Source: Octopus vulgaris
Lineage: Eukaryota
Length of the DNA stretch: 64,000 nucleotides
Direction of reading: 5' to 3'
Assembly: GCA_951406725.2 (NCBI GenBank)
Contig: OX597816.1
Coordinates: 106,950,001-107,014,000, forward strand
Below, in pieces: positions 1 to 13,112 of the stretch. The notes beneath the pieces were generated by a model, which had not been told where the DNA came from, did no database searches, and saw nothing but the letters and a program-made list of their open reading frames with translations. A program made the position numbers and the translations under genes. The first letter of the stretch is position 1. Each line of letters opens with the position of its first letter.

Positions 1-49
1 GTTTTTATTGTTATGATTGCTGTTAATATTATTGCTATATATATATTTA

Positions 50-202
50 TAAATAAGGATAATATCAATATTTAAATATCGATATTAACAAGTGGCCAGC
101 ATGGGAAAAAATACCGTACAAAGGTGATAATTTAACGTGGTTTTTAAAGTCAGGGTTTTGACTGCTATTCCGGCATGGTGGTGTCTCTCAGACACCCTTA
201 TT
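50..202. repeat. Dispersed two-module repeat next to (TA)n, probably a Penelope-type terminal (pLTR) fragment
   Basis: GTGGCCAGCATGG..AAAGGTGATAATT also occurs at ~17319-17360. The following block (~133-198) is the reverse complement of ~17379-17443. Confidence 0.45.
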
Positions 203-208
203 TTTAGT

Positions 209-254
<46 letters not shown>

Positions 255-292
255 CATATACATACATATACACACACACACACACGTACGCA

Positions 293-1060
293 CTAGCTGA
301 ATTACCCGGCGTTGCCCAGGTTACTGCTGTTCTTATTCAGATTAGTAAAGAATAAATATGAAGACATATTTTTCTCATAATTACTTCAAAATATCTATAT
401 TTTATTTAAAAAAACACTTTGTAACGATAATAGAATTTAGATCTGAAAATCTGTCAATCTTGAAGCACCTCAGGGTAAACAATATTCATCGTGTAATCTT
501 TTGTTGGTGTCCAAATGAATAAAGTGTTGCTGCTTCCAACACGTGAGCTGGCCGTGGGAGAAGCATGTAGTAGAGAGATCAAGTCCAACAACGTTGAAGG
601 ATTGACCCTGAGATTTGTTAATTGAAATACCAAAACTTTGGAAACTGAAGCTTCTTAAATTCAAATGGAACATCTGTAGGTACGAGAAAACATTTTGAAA
701 TAAAGACATTTTCTTATTTGTGACTATGATTGTTGCCTGTAGGACATGGGGCTTCATGGAAGTAACATTTAAGGGAGTTCCATTACGCAGGTGAATGGGT
801 CAATATTCTTAAGCAACATAATGGGAACATCCAGTTTTAGTGTCAAGTTATGCGGTGGCATCCCAATGATTTTAAATGTGTTCAGAAATTCAACAGAGTA
901 TTGAATAGCCTGATCTTCATCGACTGTTGTGTAAATTGGGGGGAAAGTCATTTCTGATGTATCTGTTAACTTTTGAAGAAGTTCATGATTGATTTTCTCA
1001 ACCATTTCATTAGTTGGAGCCAGTATAGCTCTTTCACAATTTACGTCAGTGTAATTGACA
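293..1060 (-). mobile_element. Helitron 3' remnant with a degenerate Pif1-family helicase
   Basis: Minus-strand 3' end CCTGGGCAACGCCGGGTAATTCAGCTAG (hairpin + CTAG). ORF pieces ERAILAPTNEMV, GMPPHNLTLKLDVPIMLLKNI and SINKSQGQSFNVVGLDLSTTCFSHGQL are Helitron helicase motifs, broken by frameshifts. Confidence 0.9.
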
Positions 1061-1319
1061 ATCACACATACACTGAGACACACACACATACACTGACATA
1101 CACATACACTCTCACATACACTTACATATATATGCTAAAACAGACTCACAGACATACATTTTCGAAACGAACGCGCAAACACACACGCACTCACAGACAC
1201 ATACACGTATACAAAATGTGTCGTCGTCGTGGTATAAAATATCCTTTACTATCTTGTACGTAACGAACGCACAAACACACACAAACGCACAGACACATGC
1301 ACGCTCATATACAAAATGG

Positions 1320-1470
1320 ATTAGGATAATGGATATGGTTAGGGTTAGGTTCAGGTTTAGGGTCAGGGTTAGGTTTTGGTTTAGGGTTAAGGTTAGGGTT
1401 TTGGTTAGGGGTAGGGTAAGGATAAGGGTGGGATTTAGGGTTAGGATTGAGGTTTTGGAATGGTTGAGGT
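1320..1470 (+). repeat. Degenerate (TTAGGG)-like / (GTTAGG)n tract
   Basis: About 20 imperfect units such as GTTAGGGTTAGGTTCAGGTTTAGGGTCAGGGTTAGG. Confidence 0.75.
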
Positions 1471-1479
1471 TACTTTTTC

Positions 1480-1768
1480 CCTGGGCGAATCAATGTCCTC
1501 TGAGTGAATTTGGTAGACAGAAATTTTGAGGAAACCCGTCGATCTATTTATGTGTGTATGTGTGTGTGTATGTGTGTGCTTGACGGCCGATGTTGTTTAG
1601 TTTACGTTCCTGGAATTTAAAGTTTCGGTAAAAGACACCGATAGAATAAGTACTAGACTTTAAAAGATATGTACTGGCGCCAGTCTGTTCAACTCAAACT
1701 CTTCAGGGCGGTGCTCCAGAATGGCCGTAGACCAATGACTGAAACATGTAAAGATAAAAGATAAGATA
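1480..1768 (+). mobile_element. SINE family A (octopus tRNA-derived), 5'-truncated
   Basis: GAGTGAATTTGGTAGACAGAAA, internal (TG)n, ACCGATAGAATAAGTACTAG and the tail GGCGGTGCTCCAG..ATGACTGAAACA all match the copy at 7585. Confidence 0.85.
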
Positions 1769-1974
1769 ACACTGTACTGTTTTAGTAAGTACATCATGTC
1801 GCAGGAAAAGGTATTGCTTTGATCTCAATCTAAGGTAGCTGCTGAAAATATATGTATTGTTTCCCATAGAAATATGACACAATCAATATTTTCGATCGCA
1901 TATTGTGGATTTAAAAGGCTTATATCTCGTCTGTTTACTCCAGCATCATAAAAGATTAACATTCGAAATGTGTC

Positions 1975-2312
1975 TTTATGTATATATGTATGTATGTATT
2001 TATGTATGATTGAATGAATGCATGATGCTTGTAGGTATGTATGTATGTACGTATGTACCTCTATGTATGAATGAATAGATGAATGTATGTATGCATGTAT
2101 GTATGCATGTATGTCTTTATGTATGTATGTATGTATGTATGTCTTTATGTATGTAAGTATGTATGTATGTATGTTTGTATGTATGTATGTATGTATGTAT
2201 TTATGTATGATTGAATGAATGCATTATGTATGTATGTATGTATGTATGTATGTATGTACGTATGTACGTATGTACCCCTATGTATCAATGAATATATGAA
2301 TGAATGTATGTA
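1975..2312. repeat. (TATG)n compound microsatellite
   Basis: Direct reading. Similar tracts occur at 2645-2756, 15470-15590, 24630-24900, 45050-45310 and 45678-45980. Confidence 0.95.
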
Positions 2313-2339
2313 TTATGTTCTTTTATTCTTTTATACATC

Positions 2340-2723
2340 TCAGATCAAATGCTGCGGCCATGGTAGGGAACCGCCAATATTATCATCTTTTCAATGGCCA
2401 TTCTTGTATGATTAGCTTTGGGTGAAGGAGGGAGTTCGATATTACTGCCCTCCTTTGAGTTTTTTGGTGTAATGTAGGTTTCATCTGGGACCTTGTACTG
2501 CAGGTGGTCAAGTTGTTGCTTGAAAATATCCATATATCCCTGCTCCATGTAGATCTCTCAGATAATTTGGTCGGATATTGAATAGCCGTGGGCCTTTGAA
2601 GCCCAAGCTATCGCAGTACATGGTTCTCACGCTAGATGGGATAGGTATGTATGTATGTATGTATGTATGTATGTATGTATGTATGTATGTATGTATGTAT
2701 GTATGTATGTATGTTTGTATGTA

Positions 2724-2756
<33 letters not shown>

Positions 2757-4375
2757 TTGACACAGTGATGTGATGTCCAGTTTGGTGCCAAACCTTCAAG
2801 GATCTTCCTATATATATCACCACATATCTCTCTCGTCTTCGCTCCAGGGAGTAGAGTTGTAACTCTGTCAGTCTCTCTCAGTAGCTCAGCTGTTCAATTT
2901 AAGCAGTCTTCCTCGTGTAGCACCGCAGAACTGCCTCAAGTTCCGCTATTAATTTGACATTGTGGGGTGACCACAGTTGAGCGCAGTAGTCCAGACAGGT
3001 AAGGACAAATGTAATCCATCGAACCAGCATAGTTTTCTGGTCCCTTGTTCTGAAATTTCTCGGAATCCATCTGGCCATCCGTCTACACATTGTTACAATC
3101 TTGGTGATATGTACATGAAGCGGGGCGTTGTTGCTCATCTAAATCTCCAGATTATGCACTGTACTCGACCCTGGGATTACCGCTCCTTTTCGTCTAAAGT
3201 ATATTTGTTATGGTATGTTAAGGCAAGCTGTCTGAGAGCGGAGGCATTGGAATTTTACTGCAATAAATTGCACGTTTCTTTCTTAAACCCATTTATATAT
3301 GGCATCTAGATCTTTCTGTAGAAGATTAGCATCGAAAAGATCAGCGACTGCTTTGACTACTTTTGTGTCGTCGGCATAGCTAGTAAATGTGGATGTTTGT
3401 GCAACTGATGGCCTGCCCGAAAGAGCTACCATAATCAGTAGCAGTCCCATGACAAATCCTTGAGGAACTTCACTCGCTATTATTGTCTTCTTCGAGAGAG
3501 CCCCATTGGCTTCCACAGTCTGGCTCCTGTCTTTTAAGAAGACATGTAACCACTCTCCATGTTTTCCGACTATGCCGAGTGGCTTGCAACATATCACTCT
3601 GCAATCAACCTTAGCAAAAGCATCCACGTTCGAGAGATTCATTAATAGTTTCAGCACCCATTTATAATGCTACAGAAGCTGTCTAAGGCAGCTTCTTCCA
3701 GTCCAGAAAGCATGTTGTGTATCAGGGAGCAAGCCATTATCTTCTAGGAATGTGATCAGCTTCCAATTGACAGAGCGCTCCATGACATTGCTAACATGTG
3801 AGGTAAGAGAGGCAGGCCTATAACTTTTTGGCATCAGCTTTGCGACCTTCTTTATGGATAGGACATATACTTGTTTTTAACTTCCTCGTAAGCCTCCTAT
3901 TTGTAAGGAAGCTTTGGAAGAGGATCTACAGTGGTCTAGCTAGAGCCCCTTTGCATAGGATTGCTGGAAATCCATCAGAGCCTGTGGCTGAGTTTAAGGT
4001 AATTTCATCAATGGCTGATATTACATCAGCTTCCTCTATTTCGATGTAATCAATAATTGCCATCTCTCTGTATAGAACTGTGGTGTCGAAAAACCTATCT
4101 GACACAGCTATATGAAAGTGTCCCAACAGAGTTGTGAAAGCACTTCTGTATTGCACATTCAGTATTTCGCTTCTCTTCTGGGGTCTGCAGTTAGTGAGCT
4201 ATTTTGCTTGAACAGTGACCCTATCTTGTACCGTACTGAAGCAAACTCTTTTGCAAATCTGTAGAAGGCTTTAGGGCTTCTCTTTTTTTACAGACCTGGC
4301 TTCTTTTTTCTACCCTCTCCTTTTCATGGAAGTGTTTGAGTTCATTTTCAGTCTCAAGCAATGTCAAGAAATGAA
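2340..4375 (-). pseudogene. Degenerate CR1-clade LINE (RT and C-terminal region), interrupted by (TATG)n
   Basis: ORF pieces AFAKVD, SEVPQGFVMGLLL, SYADDTKV, LQKDLDAIYKW, LDYCAQLWSPH and SATGSDGFPAIL; many stops and frameshifts. Confidence 0.9.
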
Positions 4376-4482
4376 AAGCTACATTGAATAATGTTGTTCT
4401 GGATAATCTATCTTTTATCTTTTACTTGTTTCAGTCATTAGACTGCAGCCATGCTGAGAGAACGAGAGAGAGAGAAAGAGAG

Positions 4483-4513
<31 letters not shown>

Positions 4514-5254
4514 GAAAGAGCGAAAGAGAGGGAGGGGCAGAGAGAGATAGGGGGCGTTGTCGCTACTTTAGTGTGTGGTCTATCTGCTCTTCTACACTAC
4601 GGCGTGCAATTTACACTAAAAGAACTTTATACGGCAAGATGATAAAAACAAGTTGAATAATATTGCATAATGATTTATTATTAATGACATACATAACTGA
4701 TACAAACGATTTAAATTTAAATCCTTTAATGAAACACAGTACGTATATCATGTAGGAGTGGCACAAACAAATCTGTCGTATCTTTTTTCATTACTTACCA
4801 GCAAATATGATCAAAGTATGACTGGAAAAGCTCACTACTAACCGTAACCCTTACCTTAGCCCTAAGCACAACCAATAAATTCATACCACGAAATGTCATA
4901 AAAACCAGCGGAAGTCTCAGGAGACATATCAGGTCATTTCACAAAGTAGATTAAGAATAATGCGGTTGACCGTGCGCTAAAGTAGCATCGAGTTGTTGCC
5001 ATTCAATAGTCACTAACTAAAAACCTTTATATGAAACTTCTCTAGTTATTCTATGATTTTACAGTGCACTTCGTTGATGTCAAATAGCCAGGGATCAGAT
5101 TGACTCCATATGACATTCTATTTTTAATAAATTTTAATTAATTCAAATTCCGGTGTTATCTTTCCTGCTTTTATTGATTAGAATTCATCATTAAGATAAT
5201 TATTCCTGCACAATAAACGTATACTTTCAGTTAATTAATATTTCTCGGTTCATT

Positions 5255-5425
5255 CTTAGCGGCATTTCGTCCATCTTTACGTTCTGAGTTCAAATTCCGC
5301 TGAGGTCATCTTTGCTTTTCATCCGTCCCGGGTCGATAGAATAAGTACCAGTTGAACACTGAGGTTGATGTAATAGATTTACTCCCTCGAAATTGTTGGC
5401 CTTGTGCCAAAATTTGGAACCAATA
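5255..5425 (+). mobile_element. SINE family B (tRNA head + Nin/Deu-like domain)
   Basis: TTACGTTCTGAGTTCAAATTCCGCTGAGGTC..TTTCATCC..GGGTCGATAGAATAAGTACCAGTTGA matches the consensus seen at 55865 and 60207. Confidence 0.85.
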
Positions 5426-6364
5426 TTTCTCGGTTCGTTATATTGTGTATGTTCTAAAAGAACCTAGGCATATAAATTACAAGGGTTGTTTTCTTTTCTT
5501 TGCACGCTGTGTTGTGGCTCAGCTCCAGTGGAAGGAGTCTGTACAGAGAAAAAAAAAACTTCAGAGGCAGCAATGGCAATAACAATGACCACAAGATTTA
5601 GAACTACAGTAACAACAACAACGAAACACTTTACGGCGATAACAACACGTAATGACGATGACGACACCGATATTTGATGCTGCTGCTGATGATGATGATG
5701 ACAGCGGCGGCGGTGACGACGATGATGGCGATAACGATAAGTATAGCATTATTAAATTAAGAAACAACAACAATAACAACGAAAAAAAACAAACAAAAAC
5801 AAACTAAAACTAAGACAAAATAAAAGCAGAGATAACTTTCAATATAGCCAACATAACTGCAATCGACCTCCCCCCCCCCCAGCAACAACAACAATAACAA
5901 GAAACACAAAAACGGCAATAAATACCATAAAACAATACACGAAACAAGAGGAAAAATAAAGAGGGAAAAAGAAAAGACCAGAAAACGTAGGTAAAAAAGA
6001 AGAACAAAAACAAAAAAACACAGTCCTTACACATTTTTTTTTTCCAATATGGCTTCATCGGTTCTGATCGCAAACATGAGAAGGAATATAATATTAAGTT
6101 AATGGTAAATAACTTATGGATAGCTAGATATATTTATATATTTCTTTTTGCTCCAAATGGTTAGATGTGCACTACAAAGAAAGGCTAAATACACATTTAG
6201 ATGAATAATAGATAAATGACAAACGAAAATATACCCAGTTTACATTGACTAAAACGAGGTCGAAGCTACGAATCTTAATGGTTTTCAACGACTTCGTTAT
6301 TTTCATACGCTAACGATTACTAACGACACAAGTTTTTGAGTATGCGCTCGAGATATATTTACTG

Positions 6365-6409
<45 letters not shown>

Positions 6410-6544
6410 GTATACATATATGTATGCATGTATGTAAATGTGTGTATGCTTACATGCATATATATGTATATAAGTATATATACGCATACATACATGCATG
6501 CGTCTATATACATATAATATATATATATATACATGTATATGCAC

Positions 6545-6602
<58 letters not shown>

Positions 6603-6643
6603 GTCTGGTGTGTGTGTGCACATAATAGAGTGCAATACATACA

Positions 6644-6710
<67 letters not shown>

Positions 6711-7279
6711 GCATATATATATATTTATATGCACACATACATATATATAAACATATATATATATACACACACATCCATACACACATATATATATACATAC
6801 ATATATATACTATATGTTTGTGTGTACGTGTACAGTATATATAAACTAGCGCATACATATATCTAAAAAGAAAGGAGTGAAAAAAAAAAAGAGCAGAAGA
6901 CAGGAAGTGAAGAGATAGGGGAAGAAAAGACATTTTTTTTCCATATAGGTATAGCTATAGGCACACTTTAGAGCTATAAGTTGCAAGAGAAAGTACGCTA
7001 TATAAATAACGTCCCTTTCGTTATCTTTCAGTGCCTAAGGTTGAAGCTTTGTAATGGGGTTGCTCACAGAAACGTGTGTCGACTAATGGAAAGCAACTCT
7101 GTTCTATCCTTCCGCGAAAACCCTTTTTTTAATGCTTCGTGTAAAGAAGAGCGAAAATGTTCTGAAGGTTGATTCTTTGATGTAACTCTAGATGAAGTTA
7201 GTTTGTGGAAACTTCAAGGCCGAAGCAACATTCAGAGCAAATAGAGAGCCTAAGCATTTTTCTTTTCTGATTCTGATGT

Positions 7280-7426
7280 ACTGGGTGTCTCAAAATGATG
7301 GGATACGGTTAATTTGTAGCAATTGTACTTTATTCATAATAAATACTGTACTTGGTCCAGTCGTTATTTGCGTTTAAAATGTATTCCATCGTTATAGACA
7401 ATCCCATTATTATAAGACACTCTGTG
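7280..7426. mobile_element. Small Tc1/mariner-type MITE
   Basis: Imperfect TIRs ACTGGGTGTCTCAAAATGATGGGA and TCCCATTATTATAAGACACTCTGT. Confidence 0.55.
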
Positions 7427-7479
7427 TCTTCTATAGGCACATATGTAATTATTTTCTAAACAGATTGCAGTTCGTATTC

Positions 7480-7565
7480 GAGGTTCTGATGAAGCTATAA
7501 GGTGTTATTCAGGTACTCAACCATCAGTCCACTGCATCTTATAGCAGAAACAGATGTAAGCAGAT
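7480..7565 (+). ncRNA. Degenerate type I hammerhead ribozyme with long stem II
   Basis: CTGATGA-A-GCTATAAG...CTTATAGC-A-GAAA-CAGATG-TA. Stem II has 8 perfect bp, stem III is one change from the palindrome CAGCTG, and stem I is poor. Confidence 0.55.
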
Positions 7566-7584
7566 GAAATTCATAAGATAATTA

Positions 7585-8000
7585 GGCGTAGGACTGGCTG
7601 TGTGGTAAGTATCTTGCTTACGAACCACATAGTTACGGGTTCAGTCCCACTGCGTGGCATCTTGAGCAAGTGTCTTCTACTCTAGCCTCGGGCCGACCAA
7701 AGCCTTGTGAGTGGATTTGGTAGACGGAAGCTGAAAGAAGCCCGTCGTATATATGTGTATATATGTGTATGTGTGTGTGTATATGTTTGTGTGTCTGTGT
7801 TTGTCCCCCCCCAACATCGCTTGACAACCGATACTGGTGAGTTTACGTCCCCGTAACTTAGCGGTTCGGCAAAAGCAACCAATAGAATAAGTACTAGGCT
7901 TACAAAGAATAAGTCCTGGGGTCGATTTGCTCGACTAAAAGGCGGTGCTCCAGCATGGCCACAGTCAAATGACTGAAACACGTAAAAGAGTAAAAGAGTA
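7585..8000 (+). mobile_element. SINE family A, full length
   Basis: Pol III A-box TGGCTGTGTGGT and B-box GGTTCAGTCCC, body CTTGAGCAAGTGTCTTCTAC..GTGAGTGGATTTGGTAGACGG, internal TA/TG tract, and (GTAAAAGA)n tail. Confidence 0.92.
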
Positions 8001-8599
8001 TTCCTTCGTCAATTCACTTTCTTATTTGGAAGAAACATGAAGAAAAAAACCGTAATGAATGAAAAGAAATCGGCAATCTTTCTCTGTAATTGTATTTCCA
8101 TTTTCCATGTATTTTATATTACTTCCGACCATTTTACACCAGTATATGAAAGAAATCGTGTTGCAAGCCAACAAGATATTTTCTATGCGGCTCCAGATCC
8201 GCTAGAAACAACAGCCAAACCGACCCCTATTTTCTTTTTTTTTTTTTTTTTACAAAATGAAGGAGGCATTACTCGATGTATTTTATAGATATATAAAAAG
8301 CGGATATGAAATTCATTTGATCAAATCCTTTTTAAACATCAGAATGAGAAATTCGTATTCCTTATAGCTGATTTCTATTTTGGTATAACCCACCGTTCAA
8401 CGAGTATATGGCATGGCAATGTGATGAAACGTTTACTTATTTATCTAAGCAATCACTAAAGAAGCAATGTTCTGATTAATAAATTAGCAATCAGCTTATT
8501 TTCATTGTTCCTTTTTATGTTTGCTAGTAATGATTGATAAACCACACACAAAAATGCACAAAAAGCTATAATAGACGACGGTTATACAAATAAATTTAC

Positions 8600-8790
8600 T
8601 TTCTAATTTTTGGTGCAAGGCCAGCAATTTCGAAGGGAAGTGCATGTCTATCACATCGACATTAGTACTTGACAGGTACTTTATTTTACAAGTACTTTAC
8701 TTTATCGACCCCGAAAGAAGGAAAAGTAAAGTTGACTCAAAACGTAAAGCGCCAGAAGAAAGGTCACTAATCAAATTGTATGACGCTCTG
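8600..8790 (-). mobile_element. SINE family B, degenerate
   Basis: Reverse complement of the consensus: TTTATCGACCCCGAAAG..AAAGTAAAGTTGAC..CTGCCAGCTCGCC. Confidence 0.75.
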
Positions 8791-8929
8791 CCAGCTCGCC
8801 TGCAAGTAGACCAGAGAAAAACACAGCATCTAATTTATTGTTGAGTTTGGGAAACAATTAGCAACATTGTCTTAAGTAGCAGTACTCACTTCTTGACCAA
8901 TCATCCATCATATTTTAATAATTTGTAAA

Positions 8930-9590
8930 ATGTATTGAATGACCCGTAGTGTCAGTTATTGCTTTAAGCGTATGAGAGGAATCAGCATCGTGCATGGAAA
9001 CTACTTGTGTGATTCAGAGCTATGCCAAGGTGATTTCAAGAAACTCTGTTGGATCAAGACTATAGTTATAAGGAATCTTATAGAGAAACAGTTAGTAGAA
9101 CAGGGTCTTTACAGAAAACCCCTCACTGAAAGACAGGCAAGACGTCGGCAAGACGCAGGCAAGACGTAGGCAAGACGTACGCATGCAATAGCACCCCAGC
9201 TGTAACTTTCAAACTAAGCACCACGAAATAGCATATGTTTGAAAACCTCTTACTTAGAGGAAGAGGTATAGTGTCCAGAGTCATTATAGTCCTTTCCAGA
9301 TTACAGTCTCTCCCTGATTGGTGAAGTTGTCCATCTAGGGCTTCAACACATTGTATGTATTTGGAAAGTTCTAAAGATAATAACTGAAGGGCGGATTTAG
9401 GCGATGAGATACAAAAGGGATAACGAGGGGAGCAGAGACGGGCGAATTCAAATGGATATAGATGAAGGTAGCTGTATACAACATTTTAGTTCATACAAGA
9501 GGCCGATGTTGTGATGGTCAGAGTTAGAGCGTGAAGATACATTACATCTTTTCGCTGTCGCTCACATTATGGTAGTAAATGAAAGTTTGA
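8930..9590 (-). mobile_element. Probable L2/Crack LINE 3' fragment, decayed
   Basis: Weak resemblance to the 3' region of the LINE at 11498-12500. No intact ORF. Contains 4 copies of an 11-bp GGCAAGACGYN unit at ~9135-9180. Confidence 0.35.
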
Positions 9591-9626
9591 TAATATTAGA
9601 ATGATTCTATTTGATATACTTTAGAA

Positions 9627-9974
9627 CATAGATTCTCAACTGGAATTCATATAGCCCCCAAGGATCCTTATATGATTTTTGGGAGTTCACACAACGAAAT
9701 AAATTAGGAATCCAGAATTGTATTCTAAGGGACCCTGAACAAATTTTGCTTTAGCTATATATATATTGGTATGTATTGCAAAAAACAGCAAAGCTTCTTT
9801 CTATAACATTTTACATAGTTTAACTTACACAAGTTAATGAGTGAAAAGCAAAATAGGAATTTTGAAAGAATTTTTTATAAAGCTAGTTTTTAAACATCGA
9901 ATGTATATGGGGATCCACCAGAATAAAATACTAATCAAAAGGGTCCATAGATAAAAAAGGGTTGAGTACCTCTG
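9627..9974 (+). mobile_element. hAT (Charlie-like) MITE
   Basis: TIRs CATAGATTCTCAAC / GTTGAGTACCTCTG with 8-bp flanks CTTTAGAA / CTCTAGAT. Reverse-complement homologous to 16329-16680. Confidence 0.8.
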
Positions 9975-10163
9975 CTCTAGATAGTTTATCTGTAACAGCT
10001 GCTCCTCTCCAGATATGTACTTATGCTTTGTATTGAGTTATTAACTGTGTAGAGTTATAGTATTTTCTTGCCTCGAAAATAAGGTCAAGTCTTTGAGATA
10101 CATTTATTAGGCTTACGATTTTTCTCTAGCTTTCTGTCTGTTACACACACACACACACACACA

Positions 10164-10212
<49 letters not shown>

Positions 10213-10749
10213 GTTGTCTTTCATCTTTTGCGTCTTACAAATGTGCATACAATTCATAGGATGTCTTTCCAAACTACGTCCTGGCATGCTTCTGCCTTTT
10301 CATCCATCACTTGATAATAAACGACTGATAGTTATTGTAACAAGTATAGCTATATTTAAGCTACATGCAAACAAGCAATATTTGAACCAATACTGAAGTC
10401 CAACGATTGCCAACTAAATGAAATATTTCTTTGCTGTCAGTATTTGAATATATTTTGGACTGCTATTATTTATTAGAGCCAACAATTTACGGAAGACATT
10501 ATATTACTATACATCTATGTGTGGCAATATATTTCTGTTGCATTTCATTTTCCGTGTAACCAATTTCATCTTTTGTATAACCCGTCGATCATCTATCATG
10601 TGACTTGCTGAATAAAGTTGGGCCAAATAACTTGTAAAAACAGTAGATTATAGAAAAAAAAAAAACAAAAGTAACTTTCTGTTATTCAGCTCAGTAATCA
10701 CTGACAATTTATTAGGACTGACTAACCTCGAGATTTTAATAATTATTAT

Positions 10750-11185
10750 TGATTGAGAGAGCAGTGCATACCATCAAAGTGACACTGGGTTAAAATATAC
10801 GAAGCCCAGTATACTTATCATAGCTACCCGTCTGATAAGGGTACACAAGGCACATGCACCACAACGATATGTGCGCGATACGTCGATCGCATATCAAGTT
10901 AAACAGCGCATGCCCTTGCAGATGGGGTTCAGTTAGGATTGTCTTCAGGTCGAGTAACCCATCCTGCTCAAAAGGTCCCCGAATAAAGTTTGTTTAAGGA
11001 TGTTGAACGAAACACCAATGTTTCCAGAGGTGAATTATCCAAACCCCAAAGAATTCCTCTCAGCACATGGCTATGATACTCCCCTGCTACTTCTGCTCGT
11101 GATCAGAGATGCACATATCGTCAGCCACCAAGGGATATGCTCAACTAGTTATGGTCAAACAACTGACAAGCAAATATTTTCTGTA
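10750..11185. repeat. Unclassified interspersed repeat, GC-richer than its flanks
   Basis: Compositional island beginning GAGAGAGCAGTGCATACCATCAAAGTGACACTGGG. I recall it as a common octopus repeat, but it is single-copy in this window. Confidence 0.35.
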
Positions 11186-11226
11186 GCCCATCTCTTATAC
11201 CAAGGCAAAACACTGTATATGATAAC

Positions 11227-11227
<1 letters not shown>

Positions 11228-11257
<30 letters not shown>

Positions 11258-11396
11258 CTTCTTCTTCTTCTTCTTCTTCTTCTTCTTCTTCTTCTTCTCC
11301 TCCTCCTCTTCTTCTTCTTCTTCTTCTTCTTCTTCTCCTCTTTCGTCCTCATTCTTCTTCTTCTTCTTCTTCTTCTTCTTATCTTCTCTTCTTCTT

Positions 11397-11488
<92 letters not shown>

Positions 11489-11497
11489 CATTATTAT
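11228..11497. repeat. (CTT)n-(TTA)n compound microsatellite, serving as the LINE 3' tail
   Basis: Direct reading; abuts the 3' end of the minus-strand LINE. Confidence 0.95.
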
Positions 11498-11832
11498 CGC
11501 TGAATCTTGTGGATTGCATTCGCAGATCCTTCGAGACCGGTGAGATGGATGCCGTTAACGTTCTGTTCAAGCTGTTGTAATACATATGCTGGGAGGGAAT
11601 TCTAGAAGGCTGATGATCTGGGGAGAAAGAACTGGGAATTGTGGTTAGCGCAGGAGCTAGAGAAGTCTTTGAATACATGTGTCCTATCATAATGATTTCA
11701 GGAGAGACAAATGAGTTAGGAGTGCCTGAGTGGAAATAGCCCAAAACTGACCAGTTCTGAGAAGCAGAGGCCATTGTAGTTGTGGTTGAAAATGTAGATA
11801 GAACATGCCTGTGGGCCAGAAGCTGGAGCATA

Positions 11833-12078
11833 CAGTCATGGCCAAAAGTCTGCAAGATTTTTTTAAAGATTAAAATTGTTATGCTCAAGTCGAATTCGAT
11901 TGGAATATATACAACTTATATATTTGGGCATTTAATATAAAAAAAAACCTAATTTTCAGACCTATGTTGCAAACTTTTGGTTAAGTAATAATATATCACA
12001 ATTTAGATATGACTTTGAGCATTTAATATAAGAATTTCTAACTTGCAGAACTATGTTCCAAAATTTTGGCCACGACAG
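11833..12078. mobile_element. Tc1-like MITE nested in the LINE
   Basis: TA|CAGTCATGGCCAAAAGT ... ATTTTGGCCACGACAG|TA: Tc1-type TIRs with a TA TSD and an internal ~90-bp degenerate duplication. Confidence 0.8.
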
Positions 12079-12707
12079 TATGGTTTAGAGTGGCTGTATG
12101 TTTCAGTGGCGGTATCGTTTCTGGTGTGTGAAGTACATTTCGTTGTATATTCCACATGGAATCTCCAAACCTCAAGCGGAACAAACACTGTAATTTTTGG
12201 AGACTGAAATATGTTCTGGCCTGAGAGAAGGATCAGTTGTTGGGATGCATTCCTAGCTATGTTGAGTGTGGGACTTCCGCTTGAGAGAATTGAATGACTA
12301 AGGGTTCTAACTGCGTGAGGCTCGTATTAGTGGGAGTGGAATATGATAGTGTTTTCGGTTGGCGAGAAGTGCCGTTAAACTGAGACAAAATTGCTATATC
12401 CCCATTGAAGGATGCTTTTGAGGTTTCGGTTCATGAAATCAAGCCAGAGTACATTTCATGTGTGTTGTCTAGGTTGTGAGTAGATGGAGCTAGGTTGAGA
12501 TAGGTTAAGGAAGAATGAAAGAGTGTATCATCTGTGTAAGAATATGCATTCTTAAACGTAAAGGCAAGAATGGAAATTGTTAGACGAGTTTGTTAGGCAA
12601 GTAGGTCATTGATGTATAAAAGGAAGACGTGGATAACAAAATCGAACTTTGGGAGAACTCCAGAATTTATAGAACGTGGGACGAAAAAAAAATCTTCTTC
12701 AACATAG

Positions 12708-13112
12708 GTGCAGGCGTGACAGTGTGGTAAGAAGCTTGTTTCCCAACCACATGATTCCGGGTTCAGTCCATCTGCATGGCACCTTGGGCAAGCCAAGTCC
12801 TCGGGCCGACCAAATCCTTGTGAGTGGATTTGGTAGACGGATACTGAAAGAGGCCCGTTGTATATATATATTTATATATGTATGTATGGATTTTTGTGTG
12901 TGTCTGTGTTTGTACCCTCAGCCATTGCTTGACAACCGATGCTGGTGTGTTTATGTTCCCATGACCTAGCAGTTCGGCAAAAGAGTCCGATATAATAAGT
13001 GCTAAGCTTAAAAAGAATAAATCCTGGGGTCGATTTCTTCGACTTAAACCCTTGAAGGTGGTATTCCAGCATGGCCGCAGTCAAATGACTGAAACAAATA
13101 AAAAAATAAATG
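12708..13112 (+). mobile_element. SINE family A, near full length
   Basis: Colinear with the 7585 copy, from the head GGTGCAGGCGTGACAGTGTGGTAAG to the tail ATGACTGAAACAAATAAAA. Confidence 0.9.

Noticed and set aside
1320-1470. Telomere or chromosome-fusion site
   Set aside because: The tract is short, highly degenerate, in one orientation only and interstitial. It is more likely TE-internal GTTAGG repeats; a similar remnant lies at ~4838-4866.
7585-7660. tRNA genes at SINE heads (also 54410 and 62137)
   Set aside because: A and B boxes are present, but I could not build a full cloverleaf, and each continues into a SINE body.
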